Shown piece after piece: positions 10,871 through 24,016 of a DNA stretch of 64,000 nucleotides. Each line of letters starts with the position of its first letter. The stretch's first letter is position 1. The stretch comes from Octopus sinensis. Lineage: Eukaryota. The stretch lies in contig NC_043006.1 in NCBI RefSeq assembly GCF_006345805.1, positions 105,648,001 to 105,712,000 on the forward strand, read 5' to 3'. The position numbers were made by a program, and so were the translations under genes. The notes under the pieces were generated by a model that had not been told where the DNA came from, did not search any database, and saw nothing but the letters and a program-made list of their open reading frames with translations.

Positions 10871-13081
10871 ATGTCGAGAAATTGTATTGTAGAACGCTGG
10901 TCGCGTTCCTTTATGGACCAGCATTTTCCTAGTCTGGAAACGCTAGGAGAGGAAAAAAGAACACATGCACGGAAAGTGCAAACCTGAATGACATGGCAGT
11001 GAACGCTGCAACCACTTGCGATAACAGCACTATCACCACCACCACTAACAACAACAACAAGACTACTACTGCTACCACCACCGCCTCCACCACCACCACC
11101 ACCACCGCCACCTCATCCACTACCTCAACTACCAACAACGACAACAATAACAATGACAACAAGAATAACAACATTTGCGCCACTATTTCGACATCTGCTG
11201 CCACGGCTGTCTCTTCTGCCACTGACACCACCGCCAACAACAAAAACAACAATAACAACAACAACAATTCCGTTCAGACCTTGTCTACTCCAACAACAAG
11301 AACTGAAGGGAATAAACAAAAGACTGTGGCCACCAAACAAATTGACAGAAGCTGCTTGAATACAGGGATAAACTATGCAAGTAATTTTCCACCCCTTCCT
11401 ACTTGCACAATCAAACCAAATACACCGATTTTACCAACTGCAGCCAACAACAACATCACCACCAGCAACAACAATAACAAAACAACAACAAATTTCGCCG
11501 AGGCGATAAAAGAAAAAAAGACAACAGTATATTTTACTGCACAACAAATAAAAGACACGAACATTTTAATAACGGAAGTAGATGGTATAGTAAAAATAAA
11601 CATACCACAAGAAATATTAGAAGATGAAAAAAAAGAACGATTATATATAAAATAATTAATAAGAAAACAAAAAGTCCAGAGAAGGCTAACACAAGCAAAA
11701 TCGAAAAATGCTTGAAACCCATCTGGAACTACAAAGAGTATGTGACCTGGTGGAACAAGTTCGCACACATACAAGTGGTCTTCCACACTAAAGAGTTAGC
11801 AAGACGTTTCCCAACGCTAACTCTTCATTCAGATGAACTTCAACTAACACCAAGCTATCGTGGACAGAAAGTGACTAAGATCACTTTAAACAATGTCCCC
11901 AAAATAGCTAACAATCTATGGCTAGCAAAGGCCTTATGTGTGAAAATGAAAGATTTCACAATTTTAGAAACCACGGTCACGGAGCACAAAAACTGGGTGG
12001 GAAAAAAAGTAGAATTTCTACTACATATAAACCAAGAGGACATAAAGAAAATACCCACCCAGATATGTGTATCAGAAAACCACAAGTTGTATGTGGTCGT
12101 CGATGGCAGAAGACCACGTTGCTACATATGCGGCAGTGAGCAACACCTAAAAAAAGATTGCAAATCTGCCGCAAGAAAACAACAGCAACAACAACAGCAG
12201 CCGGAAAAAACAAATAAACCAGCTTTACTACCCACACCACGTTTTGCACGAACAGGTCTAATCACAGAAAATCAACAAAAAAACAAACCTCACCAACCAA
12301 ACAACCACACTAAGAACAGAAGCAACACCACCAACAACAACAACCAAGAATAAACCAACTCCCAAACCAAGGACATCTGCCAAAAAGACACTCATCGAAA
12401 ATGAAGAAACAATTACTACTCCAAATCCCCACAAAATTGACACCCCAAACAACACAACAATACCTACAATCACTCAAACACAAAATACCCACACCCCACC
12501 TCCAAAACCGCATACACCACAACCAAACGCTCACCAACCAACACCAACAACAAAACCAACACAGTCGACAATAGACCCCAATATTTTCCCTCTCCCAAGC
12601 TCTGATTCTTCTGATTTGTCATTAGACGAAGAAGACACAGAAGGTTGGCAAATAGCCACAGGGGGGAGAAGAAAAAGGGAAAAAAAAAAGAAAAGAAAAG
12701 AAAACAAACAAAGCAGGAAGATTCACCACTCCCGAAACAAAAACATCCACAGAAAACAAACACATCAACACAAACACACCATCATCAAACCCCCCAACAA
12801 TGTTGACAGCCATAAACACAAACAACCACGACCTAATGGAACACATTAGGTCAAACACCAACATAACTGAAAACGACATAAAAACAAATAACCACCCACG
12901 CACAACACCACCACAACACATTAAAATAATACACGTAACACAGAACACATACAGCACCCTGAAATCTCTTTACCCTGATGCAGTAGGGAGATTTCAAAAG
13001 TATTCATCAAAGAAACTATACAAAAACCTCATGGAAGAATACTGTGGGGTGAAAAACAAAGGACTTTCGAACGACAAGTAA
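10871..13081 (+). pseudogene. Tx1 ORF1 (gag-like RNA-binding protein) of B1, frameshifted
   Basis: Starts MSRNCIVERWSRSF; Thr/Asn-rich region; zinc knuckle CYICGSEQHLKKDC (CX2CX4HX4C); split over ORFs 10993, 11712, 12616 and 12800. Confidence 0.85.
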
Positions 13082-13147
13082 CCTTTTCTCTCTCTCTTTC
13101 CTTTTTTGCATTTTCTTTTCGTGTGTAAAACAATTTTTTATCGGAAC

Positions 13148-16100
13148 ATGCTCAGAATAGGCAGTATAAATGTACGTGGCTTGGGGTCGCCTTGGAAACA
13201 AGGCTACCTGTTAAATGACATCAAGTCACTAAATCTGAATATCATAGCCATCAGTGAGACCAGACTCCACAGCTCGCTGGCACTCCAGCACAGTTTCGGT
13301 ACACATTTCAACATTTATTTTTCTCCGTGTCTACCGAGAATGGGCGGAGGTGACACCGCGGTGCTTCTCCGGAAGAGTCTGGATCCCAAAGTAAGAGCAA
13401 TTTTCCTAGACCCGGAGGGTAGGCTGGTCGTTTTGGATGTCGATGGCAGCAATGAGTGTGCTTTTCGACTAATAGCAGTTTATGCTCCTTCCTTAACAGG
13501 CCGACCAGATTTCTTTCGACGTCTAGAGTCTTTCATGGGAACGTCTCGTCCTTTACTTTTAGTGGGGGATTGGAATGCCACCCTAGACACGCATCTAGAC
13601 TACGTGGGCGGAGACAGCAATAGAAGGGGATGCAAATGCCTCAAAGACCTGCTCAGACGTTTCCAACTGTCTGACAGGTACCAACTGGACCACCCGAATG
13701 TGCCAATGAGGACATGGAGTAATCGCATCGGGTCGTCCAGATCATACTTAGATAGAGTATTCTGTAGGACAATAGATAAAAATAGTGTAGGTTGTCCACA
13801 ATTTCATATAGTCAGTTACACAGATCACAAGTTTGTGACTTGTACACTTTACTTAGATAAGACACATAGGCAGGGTCCTGGTTACTGGAAACTGAACGCG
13901 TCTTTTACAGCACGACAGGTTTACAGGGACCGGATCAGCACATTAGTTAAGAGAGCTTTGACGGGTACCATCATCAACAACAGATGGTGGTATGCCCTAA
14001 AAAAGCAATTAAAGCAGAATCAGTCAGATACAGTAAAGCCCTAGCATTAGACCGAAATAGAATAGAGGGAGAATTAGTTAAGGTTTTAGAAGAGGCACTT
14101 AGAACTGGCATCGCGTCCAACGTGCTGGCGGCGAGATTGGCCCTCGACCAATACCTCAACGCCAAACACGAGGGATGCGTTGTCAGAGCTAGGATGCGTG
14201 CTCTGAGGAACGAAGGAGTTGGAGCCGCCCAAGAGGCCCGAGTGGTGGAGACGCAACGAGGCAACAGAGCCACCATCAAGTCTCTTATAGATGAACAGGG
14301 GCGCGAATTGCTCGAGCCTAAAAGGATGTGTGGGGCTTTTCAACAACACTTCACCCAACTGTTTGGGACAAGTGGTGGGTCAGAACGCAGAGTGGACTTT
14401 AGTGCCTACCTGCATGCCTTCCCACGACTCTCAGCAAGAGAGGTGGAGTCTTGTGAAAGGCCTATCACAGCTGCGGACGTACAGGATGCGATGGTAGGAT
14501 GCGCGAGAGACATGTCACCAGGCTTGGATGGTCTGCCCTACGAACTTTATTTTCATATGCCAGACTTGTTTGGAGGCGTCTTGGCAGCTGTCTACTGCAG
14601 CTGGCAGCAGAACGGGAGTATTCCTGCTTTTGTAAAGCGAGGAGCAATGGCACTGATTAAGAAAGACCCAAACAAGGGGGACGTAATAGATAATTTCAGG
14701 CCCATCACTCTGCTCAACGCAGATTTGAAAATTTTGGCCAAGGTGTTAGCCGAGAGGTTGGCGCTTGTCATCAAGAAACTAATCGACAAAGCGCAAACAT
14801 GCGCCGTGCCGGGTAGAAGTATTCATGACAACCTCCATCTGATACGCTACATCATAGACAGGGTAGTTAAGAATCCTGCCATGGGTGGGGCGCTGATCAA
14901 TTTGGATCAATCAAAAGCTTTCGATAGGGTAGACCATCACTACTTGGAGGCTGTCCTTAAATCGGCTGGTTTCGGTCCAGTTTTCCGCGGTTGGATCGCT
15001 GCCTTATACAGCGGCATCCGCTCAGTAGTTCGCGTAAATGGTCATCTATCCAGACCTTTTAACATCATGCGTTCGGTTCGTCAGGGATGCCTCCTCTCAT
15101 CGCTGCTGTATGTATTGACTCTTGAGCCACTACTGCGGAAACTGGCGACGCTAAGGGGCATCCCACGAGAGCTGGGATGCAGGAGGAGCGTGTCTGCATA
15201 CGCGGATGACGTCACCGTCATAGTGTCGAGCTACGAGCACATCAAGCTGGTCGGCGAGACACTAAAAGAATACGAAGCGGTAACGGGAGCAAAAATTAAC
15301 CGGGAAAAGTCAGTGGGCTTGCAGCTCGGCACCTGGAGAAGCAGGCCCATGCCGTCCAACAGCGTCTCCATCGTGGGACGCTGGACGGACGGACGGACCG
15401 GTTAAATTGCTCGGGGTCTGGTTCGATCTGGACCTCCAAATGGAGAAGAACTGGGGCGAGATAACGACTAGGGTGGCTACTCTCACCCAGAAATGGGCTG
15501 AGAGAAAGCTATCCCTAAAAGGTCGGGCGGAGGTGGCGAACGCGTACATCGCATCCGTCATCGAGTATCGTCTGACCGTCGTGCCTTGTCCCGACCCTAC
15601 CATCACCAAACTGGAACGTATACTCTTCCGCTTCTTGTGGAAGGGAAACGTTCCGATGGTTAGGCGATCCATTTGCTGTCAACACCCGCTAAATGGAGGG
15701 CTGGGCATGCCGTGGTTGATGATGCGCAGACATGCGCTGAGACTGCGATATCTCCGGCGCTTCATAGACAACGGTGAACAGGTGTGGTCGCCTTTTGTGC
15801 GGCGCGCTTTCCCGCAGCTCGTCTCCTTGGACGAACTACAGTCATGGATCAAGCAGAGACCGAGGCTAGGCGAATGGCACCGCGAGTGTCGCGTTGCTCT
15901 CAAGCAACTCTGCCGTCCGGGATCGAACTTGTGCGACTCCATCACAACAGAGGCATTCTATAGAGGATTAGTGGAGGGGAGGTGCGACGACGAACTCGGG
16001 CAGAGTCTGGGCGTCGACGAGGAACACCTGATCCGCCTGTGCAGGACAACTTTCGGTCCAGGACCTATGAACAATCACCAAAGATCCCTGGCCTGGCAGT

Positions 16101-16444
16101 GCTATCGAGAAGCATTACCTGTTCGGGATAAGCTCTACAGACACGGTTCCAGACACACTGGACCGACGTGCCCGAGATGCGATCTTCAACCGGGAAGGAA
16201 AGGCAGTTTTCATCGTACTGGTGGCCATGGTGAAAGAATGTGTGTGTGGACCCGAGCGAAAGGATTAGAGACAACCACTTACCTCTCTGGCCAATCGCTC
16301 ATCAACTTTTTCAAGTACCACTTGAAAAGGAAGGTGAGAATGGAGAGGGAAGTTTTGTCTCGTGAAAGATTAAAAAAAAGATGGGTGAATGTTGCAAAGA
16401 TGGTGTGTGCGAGTGACGAAACCATTTTGAGCATGATCCTGTAG
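13148..16444 (+). pseudogene. Tx1 ORF2 (APE endonuclease + reverse transcriptase) of B1
   Basis: APE motifs INVRGL, ISETR, VYAP, GDWNA, YLDR, YTDHK; RT motifs SPGLDGLP, FRPITLLNADLKILAK, DQSKAFDRVDH, SVRQG, AYADD; frameshifts at ~14020 and ~15395; internal deletion at ~16182 removes the C-terminal CCHC region. Confidence 0.95.
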
Positions 16445-16740
16445 ATCGTAAAAAAGAAAGAGAGAGAGCATTTTGCTCTCATGTGGTTATTTCTTCCCTG
16501 ACTGAGGTTCCCGTGGTCTTTTCTGTAGGCTTTTCTTCCCACGGATGAACCCAATCTTGTTTTATCAATGTTTTTATCATTGTTTCTGTGATACACGATT
16601 TCTTTTCTTTTTTTTTCCTCCTCTCGATCCCTTTTGATCGCAATCTTACATTTATTTTTTTTTCCACCCTCGAAAAGAAAAGCTCTACATTTGTATTTGT
16701 CCCCTCTGTATTCAGCCCTGTGTGGCTAATAAAAGAAAGT

Positions 16741-16787
16741 TATCTATCTATCTATCTACCTACCTACCTACCTACCTACCTACCTAC

Positions 16788-16864
<77 letters not shown>

Positions 16865-16885
16865 AATCTATCTATCTATCTATCT
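16741..16885 (+). repeat. (TATC)n spacer with a (TACC)n block
   Basis: Direct reading. Confidence 0.95.
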
Positions 16886-17881
16886 AAGCATTCTATAGAG
16901 GATTAGTGGAAGGGAGGTACGACGACGAGCTCGGGGCGAACCTGGACGTCGACGAGGAGTACCTGACCCGCCTGTTCGGGACGACTTTCGGGCCGGGTCC
17001 CATGGACAACTTCCAGAGATCCCTGGCCTGGCAGTGCTACCGAGAAGCGCCACCCGTTCGGGATAAGCTCTACAGACACGGCTCGAGAAACACGGGGCCG
17101 ACCTGCCCGAGATGCAGTGTCCAACAATTTCCGACCTGTGGGCTTATGTCGAACGACTGCTGTCACGTGTGGGACGAGTCGGTTTATCAGCTGAGTCTAT
17201 CGTCAATATTGTCACGCCTCCTTCCTTCAAACGGGAAGGAAGAGCTATTTTCATCATCGTTGTGGCTATGGCGAAAGAATGTATCTGGTGGACGCGTCTG
17301 AAAGGATTGGAGACAAACACTTTCCTCTCTGGTCAATCTCTCATCAGCTTCTTCAAGTACCACTTGAAAAGGAAAGTGAGAGTAGAGAGGCAAGTTTTGT
17401 CTAGCGAATGTTTTAAAAAAAAGATGGGTGAATGTAGTAAGGATGGCACGTATGAATGACGAAGCCACCTTGAGCATAATCCTATGAACCCAGAAATTGA
17501 AAACAGAGGGTTACCCACTTGCAAACAAATGTGGTAACATATAACAATATTGACCAAGGTTACCGTGGTCTTTTTCGTAGGCTTTTCTTCCCACGAATAA
17601 ACCTTACTTGCTTTCCCCTTTACACCATACATCATAACACTGTGATACACGATCCCTATTGATCGTTTTTTTCTTCCTCTTCCCCCTTTTTCCCCTTTTT
17701 TCTTCTTTTGTTCATTTCTCTTTTCTTTTGTTCCTTTTCCTTTTTTTTCCCTTTTGATCGAAAACCTACGCTACCTTTTTTTTGTTTCTTTTGTCTTTTG
17801 TTTTTTCATCTCCCAAAAGAAAAGCTCTACCTTGTAACTTGTCCCATCTGTGTGCAGCCCTGTGTGGCCAATAAAGAAACT
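16886..17881 (+). mobile_element. Tx1-clade LINE, family A variant, 5'-truncated copy A3
   Basis: ORF2 end matches A1/A2; 3' UTR is diverged; ~38-bp internal deletion near 17115; ends ...GGCCAATAAAGAAACT|TATC. Confidence 0.9.
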
Positions 17882-17905
17882 TATCTATCTATCTATCTAT
17901 CTATA

Positions 17906-17973
<68 letters not shown>
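17882..17973 (+). repeat. (TATC)n spacer between A3 and C1
   Basis: Direct reading. Confidence 0.95.
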
Positions 17974-18172
17974 GACGGACGTGATGTCAGTTCGGCTCCG
18001 AAGGTAATCGTTTATTTTGACTATTTATAGCCCAATTTTTGTGTACATTTTTGCAAATAAGGTGTGTAAGGCAACCAACTTTCGTTTGAGTGCTTTTCCA
18101 AGGGAGGAATTCGCCCCTAGGGGCAGTTTCAACCCCATTTCATTTCTGTAATTTTCTTCTCGACATTAGAAA

Positions 18173-20053
18173 ATGTCTAGAAATTTTATTGTAGAACGCT
18201 GGTCGCGTTCTTTTATGGAACAACATTTTCCTAGTGTGGAAACGACAGAGAAAAAAAAGAACGTACGCACGGAAAATGCAAATATGAATATCGGTAAAAT
18301 GAACGCTGCAACCACGTGCGGTAACAGCCCTGTCACCACCGCTACCACCACCACTAACAACAGCAACCACGAGACTACTATACTGCTACACCACCACCTC
18401 CACCACCACCACCACCACCCCACTACCACGACCAACATAAATGATAAAAAAAACTCGCACGAAAACTATTGACAGAAACAACAGCAACAACAAGAACAAC
18501 AATAAAAATGAACTATCTAATAGTGAAGATGTTAATACAAAAAATCAACAACAGTAAATTTCGCGGACACTCTTCGCCAGAAGAAGGAAATAATAACATT
18601 CACAAATGAAGAGCTCATAGAAACAAGAGCTCTCTTTACAACCCGTGGACAAGATTTAGTGCTGCATACACCTCAACATATAAAGCAAGAAATAGAAAAT
18701 AAGACAATTGTATATAAAATTATTAGAAAAAACAAAAAACTAAATGAACAGATTACAAAAACTGATGTGGAAAAATGTTTAAAAAACATAATGAAAGAAA
18801 AAGAGTATATAAACTGGGGTCCCCAGTTTAACACAGTAGTGGTCCGCTTCCCTAACCAGGAAGTGGCAAAAGCTCACTCTACTGAGTCTCTGGGAAATGA
18901 TGAAATCATCATGGTCCCATACTACAAAAACCAGAGAGTGAGTCGAATCACATTAAAAATGTACCTCCCGAGCTTCCTAACAAATGGATAACAGGGGCAA
19001 TCTGTTACCATTTAAAATATTATATTTTGGAGACCGCCGTGTACCCTGGCGACATTGGGGTGGGAAAACAATAGTGGTGACCATCCAGATTGAGGGGGCC
19101 TCTATCGAGAGCCTACCGGATAAGATCCACTTGGAGAATGGGCAATGCCTATATGTTATGGCAGAAGGCAAAAAGCCTAGATGCTACAAATGTGGCAGCC
19201 CCGAACATTTGATTGCCAAGTGCGATCTGGTACAGAAAAAACAAGAAAGAACAAATCAGAAAACAAATAAAAACCCTTGTTGCCAACACCAACACCAACA
19301 CACTCAATTATGGAACAATGCCAAGAAAAACAACAAACCAGCAAACAAACCCCAACATCACAAAGAAAAGAAACAGTACCAACACAATCACCGTTGACGT
19401 CACAACCAATTCAACATGTTGAATCAACAAAAAATAGACCAACACCCACACCGAGGACGACAATTAAAAAGACAGAAAACAGTGACGAGAAGACAAATTC
19501 TACCCCTAACACCACAACAACACAAACACCGCACAAAACATCAACAATTTATACAAGCATACATAGTAATGCAAATGCTTTGCCTCTACCCCATACTGAT
19601 ACGTCGGATCACGAAAGTTCGACGGAATGGCAAATAGCCACAGGGGGTAAAAGAAAAAGATCCAAAAAATCCACCAAACAAGGAAGTAAAGCAGGGAGAT
19701 ATCTAACTCCGGACAACATCCCCCTAGACAATCAAAAAATAATGAACCCGTAAAACCACACACAACTAACTGCAATAGACACAGACAATAAAGAATTAAT
19801 GGACTACATTAAATCTAACATGGTCATCTGTGAAGATGACTTTAAGACAAACAATCATCCGCACACCACACCACCGAAACACATCAGAATTTTACACATA
19901 ACACAAGCACAACACCACATACTGAAAACAATATTTCCGAATGCGGTAGGCGGGTTTCAACGATACCTGTCGAAAAAACTATACAAACACCTCATCAAAA
20001 ACAATACAAAAGAAGAAGAAGAAAAAAATGAAACTTTTAAAATGAGTAAGTGA
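18173..20053 (+). pseudogene. Tx1 ORF1 of C1, frameshifted
   Basis: MSRNFIVERWSRSF start; zinc knuckle CYKCGSPEHLIAKC; conserved C-terminal block MDYIKSN...SKKLYKHL. Confidence 0.85.
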
Positions 20054-20108
20054 CCTCACTTCTTGCCTCTTGTCTCTTCTATATAGTGTGTAAAAAACAA
20101 TTTCGTAA

Positions 20109-23100
20109 ATGTCAAGTATGCTTAAATTAGGTTGTGTGAATGCGCGTGGCTGGGCGTCGGCTTGGAAGCAAGGTTACCTTCTAAACGACATCAAGTCACT
20201 GGACGTGGATATAGTAGCTATCAGTGAAACCAGACTCAGTAAGCCGCGGGCCCTCGAGTCCATGTTTGGCAATCAATTTGACATTTATTTTTCTCCCTGT
20301 CTGCCGAACATGGGTGGTGGAGGTACTGCGGTGCTTTTTCGAAAGAGTCTAAAGGTAAAAGTAAGAGCAATATTCCTAGACCCGGAGGGTAGGCTGGTTG
20401 TCTTGGACGTGGATGGCAGAAATGGGTGTGCATTCCGTCTGATGGCAGTTTATGCACCGTCCTTAACGGGTCGGGCGGATTTCTTCAGACGTCTAGAGGT
20501 TTTCCTGGGTACATCTAGACCTTTACTGTTAGTAGGGGATTGGAACGCTACCTTGGACACGCATCTAGATTATGTGGGAAGGGATAGGAATAGAAGGGGG
20601 TGTAAGAGCCTCAAAGATCTGCTCAGACGTTTCCATTTGTCTGACAGGTTCCGACTCGACCATCCGAACGTGCCAACGTGGACTTGGACAAACCGCGTCG
20701 GATCGTCGAGATCTTATCTAGATAGAATTCTATGCAGGACAGCGGATAGGGATAGTGTAGGATGTCCACAATTTAAAATAGTCAGCTACACAGATCACAA
20801 ATTTGTTACGTGTACGCTCGACTTAGATAAAACACATAGGCAGGGTCCCGGTTACTGGAAACTGAACACGTCGCTGCTAGCGCGACAGGTTTACAGGAAC
20901 CGGATTAGCGAGTTAATTAAGAGGGCGCTGACGGGAGCGGTCGTTAACAACCACTGGCGGCACGCCCTGAAAATGGCAATAAAATCGGAATCAATTAGGT
21001 TTAGCAAGGAATTAGCGATAGAACGAAATAGAGTAGAGGGAGACTTAGTTAAGAAATTAGAAGAGGCACTTACCACTGGCAGCGCAACCAACGTGCTGGC
21101 TGCGAGGATGGCCCTCGACCAACACCTCAACGCCAAGTATGAAGGTTGCGTCGTCAGAGCTAAAATGCGTGCCTTAAGGAACGAAGGGATTGAAGCTGCG
21201 CGAGAGGCCCGGGTAGCGGAGGCGCAGCGTGGCAACAGATCCACCATTCGGTCTCTAATAGATCAACAGGGATGCAGTTTACTCGAACCCGAAAGGATGT
21301 GTGAGGCCTTTCAACAGCACTTTGCTCGACTGTTTGGTGCGAGTGGTGGGTCGGAACGCGGGATGGATTTCAGTGCCTACCTGATCGACCTGCCGCGGCT
21401 CTCGGCAAGAGAAGCGGAGTGTTGTGAAAGTCCCATCACAGCCGCTGACGTGTGGGATGCGATGGCGGGCTGCGCGAGGGATAAGTCGCCTGGATTGGAT
21501 GGTTTACCCTACGAGCTGTATTGTCGAATGCCAGACTTGTTTGGCGACCTCTTGGCACCAGTCTACTGCAACTGGCAACAAACGGGAGAATCCCCGGTTT
21601 CGTAAGCCGAGGTGCAGTGACGTTGCTGAAGAAAGACTCAAACAAGGGGAATTTTATAGATAATTTCAGGCCCATTACTCTGCTCAACGCAGATTTGAAA
21701 ATTTTGGCCAAAGTAATAGCCGAGAGGTTGGCGCTTGTCATTGGTAAACTGGTCGACAGGGCGCAAACATGCGCCGTGCCGGGCAGAACTATACATGACA
21801 ACCTCCATCTGATGCGCTACATTGTGGACAGGGTAGTTAAGGATCCTGGCATGGGTGGGGCGCTGATAAATTTGGATCAGTCTAAAGCCTTCGATAGGGT
21901 CGACCATCGGTACTTGGCGGCCGTCCTCAGGGCGGCTGGCTTCGGTCCCGTCTTCCGCGGTTGGATCGCTGCCTTGTATAGCGGCATCCGATCGGTGATT
22001 CGAGTGAACGGTCACCTGTCGAAACCGTTTGACATCACGCGTTCGGTCCGTCAGGGGTGTCCCCTGTCGGCGCTTCTGTATGTATTGACTCTCGAGCCGC
22101 TACTGCGGAAGCTGGTGACACTGAGTGGCATCCCACGGGAACTGGGTTGCGGGACGAGCGTGTCGGCATATGCGGACGATGTCACCGTCATAGTGTCGAG
22201 CGACAAACACATCAAGATGATAGGCGACACTAAGAAAATACGAAACGGTGACGGGAGCAAAGATTAACCCGGAAAAGTCAGTGGGTTTGCTACTCGGCAC
22301 CTGGAGAAGCAAGCCCATGCCGTCCGACTGCGGCTCAGTAGTGGGACGCTGGACGGACGGACCGGTTAAATTGCTCGGGGTCTGGTTCAGTCCGGACCTC
22401 CAAATGGATAAGAACTGGGACGAGATCACGAGTAGAGTGGTCGCTCTCAGCCAAACATGGGCCGAGAGAAAGCTGTCTCTAAAAGGCCGGGCGGAGGTGG
22501 CGAACGCGTACATCGCATCCGTCGATTACCGCCTGACCGTCGTACCTTGTCCCGACGCCACCATCACCAAACTGGAACGCATACTCTTCCGCTTTCTGTG
22601 GAAGGGTGGCGTTCCGATGGTGAGGAAGTCTATTTGCTGTCAACATCCGTTGAATGGAGGACTGGGCATGCCGTGGTTGATGATGCGCAGGCATGCGCTG
22701 AGACTGCGACATCTCTGGAAATTCATCGACGACGGTGAACAGGTGTGGGCGCCGTTTGTGAGGCGCGACTTCCGCAGCTCGTCTCACTGACCGAACTGCA
22801 AACGTGGATCAAAAAGACCGAAACTGGGCGATTGGCACCGAGAGTGTCGCCAAGCTTACAGCAGCTCTCCGACCGGGGTCAAACTTGTGCAACTTCCAAA
22901 CGACTAAAGCGTTCTATAGAGGACTAGTGGGGAGAGGGAGGTCCGACGACACACTCGGGGCAAACCTGGGCGTCGACGAGGAATTCCTAACCCGCCTGTT
23001 CAGGACGACGTTCGGGCCGGGGCCTATGGATAACTTCCAGAAATCCCTGGCTTGGCAGTGCTATCGAGACGCACTACCTGTTCGAGAGAAGAGCTACAGA

Positions 23101-23549
23101 CACGGTTCGAAAACCATCACCGGACCGACCTGCCCGAGATGCGGTCAGAGCGACGAAACCGTTCTGCACGCACTCGTGCAGTGTCCAGATATTTCAGAGC
23201 TGTGGTCCTTCGTCGAACAGCTGTTGTCACGTGTAGGTCAGGTTCGCTTATCGGCCGAGTCTATCGTGAATATTGTTCCACCACCTTCCTTTAAACGGGA
23301 AGGGAAAACGGTTTTCGTTACGCTGATGGCTATGGCGAAAGAATGTGTGTGGTGGACGCGTTTGAAAGGACTGCAAACAAACATCTTCCTCTCTGGTCAG
23401 TCTCTCGTCAACTTTTTCAAGTACCACTTGAAAAGGAGGAGAGAATAGAGAGGAAGGCTTTGTCGAACGAATGTTTTAATAAAAAGTGGGTAAAAGTGGC
23501 AAAAATGGTCAGTATGAAAGACGACACTATTTTAAGCATAAATCTGTAA
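20109..23549 (+). pseudogene. Tx1 ORF2 (APE-RT-CCHC) of C1, frameshifted
   Basis: APE and RT motifs as in B1, including AYADD; C-terminal [18 protein letters not shown] zinc finger; split over ORFs 20109, 21521, 22248, 22804 and 23343. Confidence 0.95.
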
Positions 23550-23835
23550 CCAAAAGAGACAACGAGAAGTAAGGCGACTTACTCAGTTTCTTTTTTCGAA
23601 TTGTCTGAGGTGACCTTGGTCGTTTTTGTAGGTTTTCTTTCCAAGGCTACACCTAAACTGTGAACCTTATATATATATTGCTTTTTTATACACCACACAA
23701 CCCACAGATCCCTATTGATCAAACGTTTTTTTTTTTTTTTTTGCCCCACCCATCCCACCTCGAAAAGAAAAAATTCTACATTGTATTTCGTCCATTTTTA
23801 TTCTGTGTTTAGCCCTGTGTGGCTACAATAAAAAG

Positions 23836-23836
<1 letters not shown>

Positions 23837-23921
<85 letters not shown>
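23837..23921 (+). repeat. (TATC)n, 3' flank of C1
   Basis: Direct reading. Confidence 0.95.
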
Positions 23922-23923
<2 letters not shown>

Positions 23924-23969
23924 GTACCTATCTATCTTTATCTATGTACCTATCCATCTATATATGTAC

Positions 23970-24016
<47 letters not shown>

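Larger units (their letters stand above)
10673..16740 (+). mobile_element. Near-full-length Tx1-clade LINE, copy B1
   Basis: Conserved 5' terminus ACGGACGTGCTGTCACTTCGGCTCCGAAGGTAATC, ORF1, ORF2 (APE-RT), 3' end ...GGCTAATAAAAGAAAGT|TATC; TATC on both sides. Confidence 0.95.
17974..23836 (+). mobile_element. Near-full-length Tx1-clade LINE, copy C1
   Basis: 5' GACGGACGTGATGTCAGTTCGGCTCCGAAGGTAATC; two ORFs; 3' ...GGCTACAATAAAAAGT|TATC. Confidence 0.95.

Noticed and set aside
20051-20091. 41-nt GTAAGT...AG mini-intron fusing ORF1 to ORF2 in family C
   Set aside because: Very short, removal does not put ORF1 in frame with ORF2, an in-frame TAA precedes the ORF2 ATG, and family B lacks the AG.
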